Numbered from the stretch's first letter, positions 28,297 through 38,722 are shown. The stretch: DNA of 64,000 bases from an uncultured Candidatus Saccharibacteria bacterium (GCA_964627085.1 CAZVIP010000003.1:19689-83688); one strand, 5' to 3'. The notes: generated by a model from the sequence alone, not told the origin. Program-made: numbers and translations.

Positions 28297-30300
28297 TTAA
28301 GGCTCAATCTTATCAGGCTCAAGGACGAGTACGTCTTCGGTTTTTTCTATCTCTTTCATTGTATCTGTCATTGCGCCATCTGTAGTTGCACTATGTTTTG
28401 TATCAGTGTCTTGTGTTGCACCCTCGGATTCAGTGGTGACAACAGTGCTCTTTGCATCGACATTTCCGGTGGAGATATTGGACTCGCTCGTAGCTGTAGT
28501 TGTATCACCAGCAGAATTGGTGACGGCGCGACCAGAAGCATCAGACACAGATGCAGACAAAGACGCAGGCACAGCACCAGCGGTCGCGAATTGTGGACGA
28601 CTGGTTTTGCCAAAGATTGTAGCGAAAGGAATTTTCTTGTGGAGTGTTTCGGAGACTTCTTCGAGCTCTTTGCTGCCCAGCGCCTTGAGTACAAAAATAC
28701 CTACGATAATTCCAATACAACCAGCGACAAAGCCGTGAAGGAAAACACCTCGTAGTGTTGTGAGGTCAAATACTCCGTCAAAAATATTGAGCGCTACATA
28801 TGCGAAAAATCCTCCGATGACACCAGCGCCAAGTGAGCCAATCCATACTCTCCATGTTTCGCGAAGCAGAAGGCCGTGACTGAAATCTTTTTCAAATTTA
28901 ACCCAGAATGCGAGTGTGTTTACAATTGTTCCGAGTGTGTATCCGAGCGGTAGCATCAAAATTTCGATACCTGCAATTCCCTCTACTCTAAATAATCTTG
29001 CAAAAAAGTTTCCAAACTCCGGACTCACACGATAAAGCCAGATAAATGCGAGCGGTGATCCAATTGTGAGCACTGATGAAAGTAAATTGATAACAAGTGG
29101 TTTTCTTGTCTCACCTGCTGCATAGTATGCGCGTATAAATAATAATTCGAGAGACTGTCCAACAAGTGATATGACAAAGAGCGCAAGACATGCTGCGGTC
29201 AATCTCGTATTATCCCAATTGAAGTTTCCAGAACCGAGAACAGTTCGTACAATTTGTGCGCGGAGGACTATGAACAAAGCTGAAATCGGAACGGACCAAA
29301 AGATAACATGTCGCATCGCATTGACGATTTGATTCATGAACTTATCTCGCTCCCCTTTTGCAAAATATGCACTGAGTGTTGGAAATGCCGCGAGCGCATA
29401 ACTAACACCAACAATACCAAGTGGTACTGATTGTATATTAAAAGAAAAACTCAAAATAGAGATTGACCCGATGGTGAGTGTTGATGCGAGTGCTGTTAAA
29501 AATACAAGTTCAAGCATTGATGCTGAAAGCGTCAATGTTCGTGGAACTGAAAGTGCAAATACTTCACGCACGATTTTCCAGTCGATATTGCGTGGGAGGC
29601 GGAGGCGCGGGAGGAGGCGCTCTTTTTTAATAAAAGGAATTTGAATACTGAAATGTAAAATACCTCCGAGCACAACACCCCACACCACACCTGAAATGCC
29701 GAGAAATGGCCGTATAAAGAATATACCGAAGATAATGGCCACATTGTATACAATTGGTGAAATTGCATATAACACAAATCTTTTGCGAAGCTGTGTCAGT
29801 GATCCTAGAATGTTTGAAAGCCCTAAACAGATTGGCTGCAAGAGCAGAATTCGAGACAGAAATACAACTTGATCGATCACATGTTGATTATCAGCAAAAC
29901 CTTTGAAGACATTTTTTGTTAACCATGGCATGAGCATGTAGAAAATCGCAGAGAGCACAATCATCATGATTCCAAATGTATTGAAAATTGAATCAAGGAG
30001 ATTGCGGACTTTTTCATGTCCTTTTTCTGAATCACTCTCACTACTTTCTGCGCGATTAATAAATGGGATAATAACTGAGATTGAAACAAGTGACGCAGCA
30101 GTTGCAAAAATTACATCCGGAATTCGAAAGGCAGCATAATAGATATCAAGTGTTTGACCAGCTCCAAAAAAATGTGCCAAAGCTCTGTCACGCACAAGCC
30201 CCAAGAGTTGGGCGAGTAATGTAAAAAATCCAATCAAAAATGCCGCCTGATGGACGCCAATAATTTCACGGTTAAATAGTTTGAGGATTTTGGATACCAT
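28297..30300 (-). CDS. murJ: Lipid II flippase MurJ (MviN) with Ser/Thr-rich C-terminal extension
   Basis: About 14 TM helices. MviN-like start MVSKILKLFNREIIGVHQAAFLIGFFTLLAQLLGLVRDR...FFGAG. Confidence 0.85.
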   Translation of the reverse strand: MVSKILKLFNREIIGVHQAAFLIGFFTLLAQLLGLVRDRALAHFFGAGQTLDIYYAAFRIPDVIFATAASLVSISVIIPFINRAESSESDSEKGHEKVRNLLDSIFNTFGIMMIVLSAIFYMLMPWLTKNVFKGFADNQHVIDQVVFLSRILLLQPICLGLSNILGSLTQLRKRFVLYAISPIVYNVAIIFGIFFIRPFLGISGVVWGVVLGGILHFSIQIPFIKKERLLPRLRLPRNIDWKIVREVFALSVPRTLTLSASMLELVFLTALASTLTIGSISILSFSFNIQSVPLGIVGVSYALAAFPTLSAYFAKGERDKFMNQIVNAMRHVIFWSVPISALFIVLRAQIVRTVLGSGNFNWDNTRLTAACLALFVISLVGQSLELLFIRAYYAAGETRKPLVINLLSSVLTIGSPLAFIWLYRVSPEFGNFFARLFRVEGIAGIEILMLPLGYTLGTIVNTLAFWVKFEKDFSHGLLLRETWRVWIGSLGAGVIGGFFAYVALNIFDGVFDLTTLRGVFLHGFVAGCIGIIVGIFVLKALGSKELEEVSETLHKKIPFATIFGKTSRPQFATAGAVPASLSASVSDASGRAVTNSAGDTTTATSESNISTGNVDAKSTVVTTESEGATQDTDTKHSATTDGAMTDTMKEIEKTEDVLVLEPDKIEP

Positions 30301-30424
30301 TTATTGGCTTATAATAACATGATTTTGGCGATTTTATAATTATTTGAGGATTATTTTTGTGGTTTTGTGCACACTAGATTTAATCCGTATTTTATGATAT
30401 AATATACATGTATCAGATAATCGC

Positions 30425-30895
30425 CCGACTGTGGATGTGCATTGCTTTATTGCAAAAAATCCACGGAGGGAGGAAAGTCCGAACACAGCCTTTGTGATGA
30501 TTTATGTAGCGAGCAGCAACTTTGCAACATATTGAACAAAGGAGAAAGGTAGCAGGTAATACCTGTCTGTCCCCTTTTCACTCTGATTATCATTTGAGCA
30601 AGGCAACTTCTCAAACAATCAAAGTGCACTGGGCAAACAAGAGGTGCGAGCAGTGACGCCTGGAGCGAAAGCAAGAGGTATCTCTTTATCCAAAAACATA
30701 TAGCAATATATACAAAGTAGATTTAGAGATAAATCCCTATGGCGACATAGAGAGTGAAACGGCAAAATCCTTACCCCTGTGCAAGTCCGTGCCTGAAGCA
30801 GCCTTGGATTACCACGTGTATGTCCAATGCCGCCTTGTGGAGTGACGCAAAGAATTGCATGGCGATATGCAATCAAGATGAATGATTGTCGCCTT
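30425..30895 (+). ncRNA. rnpB: RNase P RNA (candidate); ends approximate
   Basis: The universal P4 5'-strand motif GGAGGGAGGAAAGTCCGAACACAG is at ~30466-30489. A P3-like hairpin (gtggat...atccac) precedes it. GTGACGCCTGGAG and GAGCAAGGCAAC blocks resemble conserved RNase P segments. There is no credible ORF here and the region is GC-rich. I could not verify the P4 3' strand. Confidence 0.55.
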
Positions 30896-30971
30896 TTTCA
30901 GATTTGTCTTCATCGCAAGATCTAGATTATTTTTTTGAGAAAGAGTACAGAATTCGGCTTATAGATACAAC

Positions 30972-31014
30972 AAAACACCAACTCAGAAATGGGGTGGTGT
31001 TTTGTTTTTTGTTT
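30972..31014 (+). terminator. Intrinsic terminator (aacacca/tggtgtt + TTTGTTTTTTGTTTT)
   Basis: Hairpin plus long T-run downstream of the rnpB candidate. Confidence 0.55.
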
Positions 31015-31222
31015 TATGATTTATGGTAATAAATAATTTCCGCAATTCGCAAAATGCGCGATCACCCCACCCCTATCGCCCAATATTGCCTTTTGCATAT
31101 TTTGGAATACTATATACACGGAAAATTCCATTCACGAGGTTTGGGTTAGTGTCAGGCAAAATACTTTGTCCCCTACTCACCTCAATCAGCACAACACGGC
31201 GAGAGCCAAACCACAATTGAAT

Positions 31223-32086
31223 ATGAAACCGCACACTATTAACCCAAAACTCCGCTATGCATGCATTGCTCGTGCAGAAATTGCTGCGAACCTAGCTCAA
31301 AAGAAAACTCGAACCAGCAGAGAAAATGCATGGAAAAACATCTGCCGCGACATTCGTCGAGGGCGCTCGACATTCGGAGACCCACAAAACCCTCTGCTCG
31401 ACAAGCTCATCTTGTCTCTTGGGCAGAGCGTTTTGCACAAACCTGACTTACTTGGAAGCATAGTAGAGAGGGCCAAAAGAAATATTACCGCCCTGCAAGA
31501 AGCTGGCAACACCGTGGTCTTCGTCGTCGAATATGAAGAAAAAGGTGCGAGGCTCGCATATATCGGGCCGTACGGAGGTGAAAGTCTCGGAAATCTTATG
31601 CCCAGCAATCCAGGAACACGCTCAGAGTTTCTTATATTTGCTGGTATCACTTCCGGTGATGCGAATGCTGTTGAAACCTTTGTCGATAGCATCTTGCCCC
31701 GAAAACCAAAAAGTGCCGCGGAGTTGATGGCAATTCCGGGTAGCCCTGAACCAGCAGTCGAACTACCATTTCAAAAATTCGTCATGGTGGACACAGGCAA
31801 ATTCATGTGCACAGATTCAGATGGACTATCTCCAGTGCAGGATGGGCCATGCCTAGTGGATCCAGAGCATGCTGAACAGTTGCGTCCAGCCCTGCTAGGC
31901 CTCGGATTACGTGATTTCGAAGTGTATATCTGGGGAAGCTGCTTATGCTGGGACGACTTATCCAAAAACGACCAGAACGGCTTAGTTATCAAAAACGTGC
32001 AGTCTGAACGGCTCCAGCAACGCCTCGGAGATATCCGCCTTGCATTACAGAGCCTCGGTTGGGGTCTGGAAACTGCCCCAGCATAA
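31223..32086 (+). CDS. Hypothetical protein (GC-rich orphan)
   Basis: Clean ORF from ATG 31223 (MKPHTINPK...). I recognise no family. It is followed by a strong bidirectional terminator. Confidence 0.5.
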   Translation: MKPHTINPKLRYACIARAEIAANLAQKKTRTSRENAWKNICRDIRRGRSTFGDPQNPLLDKLILSLGQSVLHKPDLLGSIVERAKRNITALQEAGNTVVFVVEYEEKGARLAYIGPYGGESLGNLMPSNPGTRSEFLIFAGITSGDANAVETFVDSILPRKPKSAAELMAIPGSPEPAVELPFQKFVMVDTGKFMCTDSDGLSPVQDGPCLVDPEHAEQLRPALLGLGLRDFEVYIWGSCLCWDDLSKNDQNGLVIKNVQSERLQQRLGDIRLALQSLGWGLETAPA

Positions 32087-32106
32087 AGTAATTTGTGCAC
32101 AAAAAA

Positions 32107-32149
32107 TCAAAAAGGGCTCCGCATTTTGTTGCGGGGCCCTCTTTTTTTA
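32107..32149. terminator. Bidirectional intrinsic terminator (agggctccgc/gcggggccct flanked by A- and T-runs)
   Basis: Lies between the convergent genes 31223..32086(+) and 32191..34623(-). Confidence 0.7.
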
Positions 32150-32190
32150 TACTTTATATTTTTTCAAACCACATTAACTAGACCCTCAAA

Positions 32191-34623
32191 CTACTTCTGC
32201 TCTGTCTGAACAACGATATCGTCGATTGTACATACACCGCCGGCACATGCGAGCTCAGCTTTGACATCAGTCTGGTCTTGTCTTTCGTAGATGACGATTT
32301 TTGAGAAGTCTACATTTTCCCATCGCTTTGAGAGTTCTTCATATGTTTCTTTTGTGCAAGTCTCATACGGAGCTAGCTGATAGACATGATTTGATCTTGG
32401 GAGGAAAGAGAGTCCACCAGCATATTCCCAGTTCTTGTAAATCCAGTTTGCAACTTCGAGCCATTCATCATCACCGATAGAAACAGTTACTGAAGGATTG
32501 TGCTCTGTATAATTTAATTTTACATTTTTCCAGAATTCGAGCTGATCGATAGCTGTGAGGTCATCCTTGAAGATTGAATTCTTTGGAGCCTTTGCTGGGA
32601 AATCAATTACATATGTAGTTGCATTATCAGCGTTCTGCCCTACTTCTGGATGATATGGCACCTGCTGATCTTTGAGCATTTTGAAAAGTGCATCAGTAGA
32701 TGAGATACGAACTCGTCTGATGTAATATTCTGAATGTCTTGCATGCATACCAGATGAACAATCCACTGTCTGAGAAAGGTTTCCTGATGGCTTCACCGTT
32801 GTGATAGCAGCTGATGCGTTGATACCGAATCTTTTAGCATACAATTTATTGACCCTGATTGCTTCTTCGCGGAGAGCTCGGAGTACTTCAGGCTTTCGAG
32901 CATTTGGTGAATCCCACATACCTGTGATAGATACTCCAAGGAGGGCTTCTTCTTCACAGTTCTTTTTCCATTCTGGAGAAAGATACATGAAATCTGTAAA
33001 TGTCGCTTGGTATGTACCGATAATTGTTGCGATGCGGATTTTTCTCTTGAGTGATTCGAGTGTGTCTTCGTGACGAGCAACTACTTCTGTGAGGTTACAG
33101 AATTGTTTTGGTCGAAGGATAATTTCTCCACAAGGGTTTGTACCGAACTTATCCATAAATCCTTCTGAGATTTTTAGTCGTCTCTCTGGAAGCTGAACAG
33201 AAAGTCCGCCTCGGTTGAAGATCCCTCTTTCTCCTGAACCTGATTTCATAAGGGCTACCCATTCCTCCATAAACTGTTCGAGTGAAGGTTTCTGAGTGTA
33301 TACCGCAGAGTTATTTGCGAGAGCTCGCTGTGGCTCTGACATCCAGAACTGACCCTTCTTTGAGTCTCGGATACCTCCATCATTGAGATCAGAAAGTGAG
33401 ATAAGAGCTGTTCGTCTTACACCACCTGAAACAACACCCATACCGATCTGACAAATAATATCGTGCACATCGAGGTTTGAAAGGTGCTGACCTTGTCTTG
33501 AGAGAATCTTTGCGCGTGTGAAATCGTGGATTTGTTTGAGTGGGTCTGGACCTGAACTCTTTCCTCCTGTTGTCTTGAGGCGTGCTCCTGCTGGTCTTAG
33601 TTTTGAATAATCAAATCGTACATCGATACCGTTGAAAAGTTGCTCCATACCATATGACATAGAATCTGACCATCCCTCTCGACTATCTTCGATGACATAG
33701 TCCACAACTTTACCAGTCTGATTTTTGATCTGTGGCAAAGCCTGTGCACTGTAACTTTCAGCAGAAAAACCTACACCTGTACCTGACATAGAAAGGAACA
33801 TGATTTCTGCAAAATCCTGGAATGACTGAGGTGCGGTAAATGAACAGTTGTATGCACATGCATGGTTGCGTCTTGCTGCAGGACCAGCGAATTGCAAAAG
33901 TCTCATTGATGGCATTGCTTCATGTTTGAAAATACCCTCTCGAACTTCTGAATATTCTTTTTCTGTAAGCTTATTGCCGAGATTTTCTCGCATGAAATCA
34001 ACATATCTTGCAACTGTCTCTGTCCAAGTTTCGCGTCGGCCCTCTTCTTCAATCCATCTTGAATATGTTCGATAGTAAATAAATTCTCCGAGTGAGTTTC
34101 GGAATGCTTTTTTACTTTCTTCGGCAAGTGCTCGAACTTTTTCTGGGACCTCAATACTTCGCTCTCGAAGCTTGGCATGTTCTGCTCGGTATAGAATGTA
34201 TGCCTTTGCAGTTTTTGCATATTCACCCAAGATGAGTGCTTGCTCGATTTCATCTTGTATACCCTCTACTGTTGGAATAAAATTTTTGTATTTCTTAGAA
34301 ATTCGTACAAGGTCAGCATATACATTGTTTGCGACAATTTCTGCCTCTCGAAGTGAACCCTCACCTGTTGAAAGCATTGCTTTGTAGATTGCATTTACTG
34401 CGCGGTCGAGATCAAAGTCGACAATCATACCATTTCGTTTCACTACTTTTTTAATCAAAAAGTTTTTCTTCTTTTCAACTTTTGAAGCGTGATCGATAGT
34501 GCTTGAGACAGTCTGTGTTTCTGGTTTTTCTGAAACCTTAGTCTGTGGAGCCTTTTTTGCTACTACAGTTTTTTTGATTTCAACTTTGTTTTTGTCGCTT
34601 TTTTTATTGTTTGATCGAGCCAT
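32191..34623 (-). CDS. Class II (adenosylcobalamin-type) ribonucleotide reductase with N-terminal ATP-cone
   Basis: ATP-cone (VVKRNGMIVDFDLDRAVNAIYKAM). The catalytic NPCGEI loop (KFGTNPCGEIIL) and the C-terminal Cys pair (CAGGVC) are present. About 810 aa. Confidence 0.8.
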   Translation of the reverse strand: MARSNNKKSDKNKVEIKKTVVAKKAPQTKVSEKPETQTVSSTIDHASKVEKKKNFLIKKVVKRNGMIVDFDLDRAVNAIYKAMLSTGEGSLREAEIVANNVYADLVRISKKYKNFIPTVEGIQDEIEQALILGEYAKTAKAYILYRAEHAKLRERSIEVPEKVRALAEESKKAFRNSLGEFIYYRTYSRWIEEEGRRETWTETVARYVDFMRENLGNKLTEKEYSEVREGIFKHEAMPSMRLLQFAGPAARRNHACAYNCSFTAPQSFQDFAEIMFLSMSGTGVGFSAESYSAQALPQIKNQTGKVVDYVIEDSREGWSDSMSYGMEQLFNGIDVRFDYSKLRPAGARLKTTGGKSSGPDPLKQIHDFTRAKILSRQGQHLSNLDVHDIICQIGMGVVSGGVRRTALISLSDLNDGGIRDSKKGQFWMSEPQRALANNSAVYTQKPSLEQFMEEWVALMKSGSGERGIFNRGGLSVQLPERRLKISEGFMDKFGTNPCGEIILRPKQFCNLTEVVARHEDTLESLKRKIRIATIIGTYQATFTDFMYLSPEWKKNCEEEALLGVSITGMWDSPNARKPEVLRALREEAIRVNKLYAKRFGINASAAITTVKPSGNLSQTVDCSSGMHARHSEYYIRRVRISSTDALFKMLKDQQVPYHPEVGQNADNATTYVIDFPAKAPKNSIFKDDLTAIDQLEFWKNVKLNYTEHNPSVTVSIGDDEWLEVANWIYKNWEYAGGLSFLPRSNHVYQLAPYETCTKETYEELSKRWENVDFSKIVIYERQDQTDVKAELACAGGVCTIDDIVVQTEQK

Positions 34624-34891
34624 GGATTTGTACGGATTTTCTAATTAAATAATATTTCAACAAAGTATCGAGGGACTCCTAGAGAGCGCATGGGTATATA
34701 TGCGCTAACTGGGTAGAGATAGATGCTTTGTATGCACATAATTTTACTCTCTTTCTCGGAAAAGGGGCTGTGGATATCCTCAAATTTTGCTCAAATAAAG
34801 TGTCATGAAATACCTAGCCGAGGTTGTAAATATCAGTGTTCTAGGAGGGCTTAAATTTTAGGTGAAAAGAGACTCTTTATCCAAAATTATT

Positions 34892-35479
34892 TTATTTTGA
34901 AAATATCTTCGGGATATCACTCAGTAAATCACCGACTTTTAGGTTATTTTCAGCAGCGGCCCCAGCAGGGATCTCGATAACATATCGAGAAAGTTCAGGT
35001 GCCTGATATGTTGTTGGATATGAATCAGGCCTTGCTCCAGAGACTATATATGTGACCTTGCCTGCGGAATTAACCCAGATCATATCGATATCAAATGACA
35101 TATCTTTCATCCAAAATGGATAGTAGTTGTCTTTTTGGAAGGCAAATATCATTCCATTGTTTTTCTCAAGACCTGTGCGGTAGCTAAGGCCGAGCTCTTG
35201 CAGTTCGTGTGAATCTGCAATCTGCATATCAAACTGACTGTCACCTAGAGCAAACCTTGTCTTTTTGTACTGACTTTGGAAGTAGCCCGATTTAACTTTT
35301 TCTTCAGTAGTGAGACTGTTTGCAGGAAGCGCCACTGAGCGAGTGTCCTCAGTTATATATGTATGCAAGGCAATTCTCACGGCACGATAAGTTATATAAC
35401 AGACTGACACAAAAAGAATGAAACAAAGCGTCATTAGCATGACTCTTCTTTTATATATATTTTCCTTATTTTTCATCAC
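34892..35479 (-). CDS. DUF192-domain protein (membrane-anchored)
   Basis: GLSYRTGLEKNNGMIFAF...YPFWMKDMSFDIDMIWVNSAGKV matches the DUF192/COG1430 pattern. Confidence 0.65.
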   Translation of the reverse strand: MMKNKENIYKRRVMLMTLCFILFVSVCYITYRAVRIALHTYITEDTRSVALPANSLTTEEKVKSGYFQSQYKKTRFALGDSQFDMQIADSHELQELGLSYRTGLEKNNGMIFAFQKDNYYPFWMKDMSFDIDMIWVNSAGKVTYIVSGARPDSYPTTYQAPELSRYVIEIPAGAAAENNLKVGDLLSDIPKIFSK

Positions 35480-35500
35480 TTAGTAGATTAGTTTGAAGGA

Positions 35501-36106
35501 TTACTTCACTAGTGAACGACCGATTTGTTCTACTTTTTTGAGAAAAGCTTCTTTGTCCCCTTCAGATCTCCAGGTCTTTTTGTCGAGCACTTTGAATGCA
35601 CGAGTTTTCATTCCACAGTAGCCGATGATTGCGAATTGCCAGATTAGGCGAAACGGCTGAGCCATGAGTGTGTATAAAAACATCGATCCATCACATGTGA
35701 TAAAGACTGATGCAGTCTTCCCTTTGAGGAGCCCAACTAATTTTCCATTCACATACTGAAAGGCAAAATGTGCAGAAATATTTTGATCAAGGAAGTTCTT
35801 CATAATCGCCGGTGCACCGAGCCACCAAAGCGGATGAATAAATACAAGTTCATCTGCCGAAGATATTTTTGCCTGGATTGCAGTTCGGGCCGCATCCGGT
35901 GCAATGTCTCGAGGTGTTTCAAAAGTAAGGAAGGGTTGTTTCAAATCTGTTTTGTAAAGGTCAAGTATTTCTGCAGTACCCCCAGCACTCTCAAGCCCCA
36001 GCTTATACCTCTCTGCAATCTTATGTGTAAATCCAAGAGAGCTCGGATGAGCAGTGATGATAAGGGCGTGCTTTGTTTTCTTGATTTCAGTGTTTGTATT
36101 TTCCAT
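35501..36106 (-). CDS. Flavodoxin-like fold NAD(P)H-dependent oxidoreductase (FMN reductase / NQO-like)
   Basis: ALIITAHPSSLGFTHKIAERY... and ADELVFIHPLWWLGAPAIMKNFLDQ are typical Flavodoxin_2 family blocks. Confidence 0.65.
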   Translation of the reverse strand: MENTNTEIKKTKHALIITAHPSSLGFTHKIAERYKLGLESAGGTAEILDLYKTDLKQPFLTFETPRDIAPDAARTAIQAKISSADELVFIHPLWWLGAPAIMKNFLDQNISAHFAFQYVNGKLVGLLKGKTASVFITCDGSMFLYTLMAQPFRLIWQFAIIGYCGMKTRAFKVLDKKTWRSEGDKEAFLKKVEQIGRSLVK

Positions 36107-36123
36107 ATTGTTAGATTATACAT

Positions 36124-36168
36124 GAAAAAACACCCCACATACATTAGCGTGTGGAGTGTTTTTCTTTT
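36124..36168. terminator. Hairpin terminator downstream of the aquaporin gene
   Basis: acaccccaca/tgtggagtgt stem with an A-run and T-run on opposite sides. Confidence 0.5.
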
Positions 36169-36248
36169 AGCTTATTTATGCGCACCGAGACATAAAGTCA
36201 TAAATGCTATGCAAATAAACCTAACTAACAAGTACTCGTCTTTGAAGA

Positions 36249-36893
36249 TTAAGCCTTGAAATTTCGCTTGACGTCTCGTGCAATTGATTTTGCATCTTCA
36301 CCCAAAGTGACAAAGAGCCACATACCAATAACTGATCCAACGATTGGACCAATAACTGTAGCCCAAGATGTCAGACTAAGACCAAATGCAACCGCCGGGT
36401 TAAGCACTGCAGAGTCACCACTGTTACCAAGGAGTAGCATTGATGCAACAAGACCGAGGAAAAGTGAAAGACCAACAACAAATCCAGATGCAGCTGATTC
36501 AACCTTCTTGAAAGCAACACTAGCCACACCGTATGAGAAGATAATCATACCCAAGACTTCTGCAAGGAATAGTTTCCATGACCAAACAGATTCTACGGCT
36601 GTAGGAGATGCGATCTTTGAATAATACAAAACACCAACAGCAACTGATGCACCGGCAAGCTGAGCGACGATATAGTAAAGCGCTCGAAGTGGTGTGATTT
36701 TGTTTACTGAAAGCGCACCGAGAGTGATAGCTGGGTTAATATGTGCACCGCTCACATGTCCAAAACCATACACAACGTACATAAGTACGAATGCAGCCAT
36801 AACAGCTCCAATCCATGGACCAAGGGTAGCACCCATGATGAGGACGAGAGTAAGTAAACATGTTCCGATCGCTTCTGCAATATAAGATTTCAT
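36249..36893 (-). CDS. Aquaporin / MIP-family channel
   Basis: Two NPA boxes (HINPAIT; NPAVAFG) and six TM helices. Confidence 0.85.
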   Translation of the reverse strand: MKSYIAEAIGTCLLTLVLIMGATLGPWIGAVMAAFVLMYVVYGFGHVSGAHINPAITLGALSVNKITPLRALYYIVAQLAGASVAVGVLYYSKIASPTAVESVWSWKLFLAEVLGMIIFSYGVASVAFKKVESAASGFVVGLSLFLGLVASMLLLGNSGDSAVLNPAVAFGLSLTSWATVIGPIVGSVIGMWLFVTLGEDAKSIARDVKRNFKA

Positions 36894-36934
36894 AGATTAA
36901 ATTGTTATCAAAAAGATATAAATAATGGTAATGG

Positions 36935-37282
36935 CTAAAGTATAGCACCTTTTTTGGCTTGTTTTAATAAATATACACTCTTGCCAAGACTGTTTTTGTG
37001 TTTTTCAAATATGACACCTTCTGTTTGTAGGAGCTCAATCTTTTTGGCGATGTCTCTTTTCCCTATAAATGTATACTCTCCCACCTCACCATTTGTCCGA
37101 ATAATGCGGTGGCATGGGATGATAATTGGCTTCTTATTTTTTCCGACAATTGTCGCAATGGCGCGGATTGCTCCAGGAAACCCTGTTCGCTTAGCCAGTT
37201 CACGATATGAAATAACCGAGCCCCTGCTGACTTTTTTTATTTCTGCATATATTTGTTCGGGGTCGATTTTTGTTTTAGTCAT
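36935..37282 (-). CDS. MGMT-family (O6-alkylguanine-DNA alkyltransferase DNA-binding domain) protein
   Basis: PCHRII active-site-type motif (IIIPCHRIIRTNGEVGEY). I placed the start at ATG 37282; the track ORF begins at an upstream TTG. Confidence 0.7.
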   Translation of the reverse strand: MTKTKIDPEQIYAEIKKVSRGSVISYRELAKRTGFPGAIRAIATIVGKNKKPIIIPCHRIIRTNGEVGEYTFIGKRDIAKKIELLQTEGVIFEKHKNSLGKSVYLLKQAKKGAIL

Positions 37283-37410
37283 TTTTTTGTTGTTTCTGTT
37301 GTTTTGTTTTTTTGCAAATCTATTTTTTTTGCGTATCAATGCCGTCGCAAATCACATATTCCCCATTTTATTTTAAATGCTAGAATAGCGCCATAGACGA
37401 AAAACACCAG

Positions 37411-37457
37411 GTGTCTCATGTGTCTTGTGTGTCTTGTGTACCTTGTGTGTCTTGTGT
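37411..37457. repeat. 9-bp tandem repeat (GTGTCTTGT-like, about 5 units) in a divergent promoter region
   Basis: Directly visible: gtgtctcat gtgtcttgt gtgtcttgt gtaccttgt gtgtcttgt gtaaac. Confidence 0.6.
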
Positions 37458-37515
37458 AAACTTTTTTTAGACAAGAAAATCAATGAGATAGGATCAAAAT
37501 AAAGAAATTACCAAC

Positions 37516-38208
37516 ATGCTCGAAACCCACATTAAATCTATAGAAAATTCCTGGAAAAAGATTTTTGATGAATTCTTTATGACGAATTCAGGTTTAGATA
37601 TTTTGAAAAATTTTGATAAAGAGATGGCCGTCGCACCCGAATCCACCCATCCAGCAAAAGAGTTTATTTTTCACGCCTTTAACCTCTGTCCTTTGCAAAA
37701 GACGAAAGTCATTATTCTCGGACAAGATCCATATCACGGCGAAGACCAAGCCATAGGTTTATCTTTTGCCGTACCCAATCACACAAAAATTCCGCCATCA
37801 CTTCAAAATATATTTAAAGAAATTGAAAATGATTTGCAGGTTGAGGTAGATAAAAAGAATGGCGACCTTTCTCGATGGGCAAACCAAGGTGTGCTTCTGC
37901 TAAATAGTGTTCTCTCAGTTCGCGGTGGATTACCTGGATCACATTCACATATTGGATGGGAACATTTTACAGATTACATAATCAAATATCTGAGCGATCA
38001 CACATCAGGGCTCGTCTTTTTGCTCTGGGGAAATTTTGCTAAAAAGAAAAAGTCGTTAATTGATGAGACAAAACATCTTGTACTAGAATCCGCGCACCCT
38101 TCACCACTATCCGCACATGGCAAAGAAGGTTTTTTCGGTAACCACCATTTTTCAAAGGCAAATAACTATTTGAAAGACATTGGTGCGAGTGAGATTGACT
38201 GGAAATAA
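37516..38208 (+). CDS. ung: Uracil-DNA glycosylase (family 1)
   Basis: Motifs GQDPYHG, LLLNSVLSV and HPSPLSA are present. Confidence 0.9.
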   Translation: MLETHIKSIENSWKKIFDEFFMTNSGLDILKNFDKEMAVAPESTHPAKEFIFHAFNLCPLQKTKVIILGQDPYHGEDQAIGLSFAVPNHTKIPPSLQNIFKEIENDLQVEVDKKNGDLSRWANQGVLLLNSVLSVRGGLPGSHSHIGWEHFTDYIIKYLSDHTSGLVFLLWGNFAKKKKSLIDETKHLVLESAHPSPLSAHGKEGFFGNHHFSKANNYLKDIGASEIDWK

Positions 38209-38287
38209 TCTGTGAGGATGAAACTAAGCAACTATATTTTTTTTGAATAGACTCAGACTTATTAATTCATACATGAATGCTATCAAA

Positions 38288-38722
38288 TTACTTTTCTGTC
38301 TTATGGTGTTTTTTCATCTCCCTGCATGAGTTCTTTATCACAGCCTTAAGTACCATGAGATCAACATCCTCAATGCTTTTTATTGCTAAGCATGATTTTC
38401 CAGATAACTTGTACTTACCTAACTTTTCAATATCTTGTCTATACATTTCCCAGCCCATCATGTTGTAAAGTGTAAAACCACCAGATGAGACAGCAAATCC
38501 TGTTATGAGATATGTGTGCTCACCACCCTTACTATCTAAATAATGATATTTCCCAAAACCAAAAATCTTATTCCACATCACACAGGATGAGCCTGAAGCT
38601 TTTGAGTGCAGATCAACCAAAACCGATGCTTCGTTTTGCAATTTCTCTTTCCCTTTAAAGTTATTTTTTATATATTTTTCAGAGCTAATTGCTGTCGGCT
38701 GAGTTTTATTAGTATATGACAT
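38288..38722 (-). CDS. YdhG/DUF1801-like small protein (tentative)
   Basis: About 140 aa, with a central GFAVSSGGFTLY block. The assignment is from memory of the family and is weak. Confidence 0.4.
   Translation of the reverse strand: MSYTNKTQPTAISSEKYIKNNFKGKEKLQNEASVLVDLHSKASGSSCVMWNKIFGFGKYHYLDSKGGEHTYLITGFAVSSGGFTLYNMMGWEMYRQDIEKLGKYKLSGKSCLAIKSIEDVDLMVLKAVIKNSCREMKKHHKTEK

Noticed and set aside
30447-30876. Two minus-strand ORFs (75 and 85 aa) in the rnpB region
   Set aside because: They lie antisense to the RNase P RNA candidate, are Cys/Leu-rich junk and have no RBS.
36935-37339. Longer MGMT ORF starting at TTG 37339 with an MIRKKNRFAKKQNNRNNKK leader
   Set aside because: The N-terminal 19 aa are pure low-complexity basic residues from an A/T-run. 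ATG 37282 gives a compact MGMT domain. The tandem repeat array lies just upstream.
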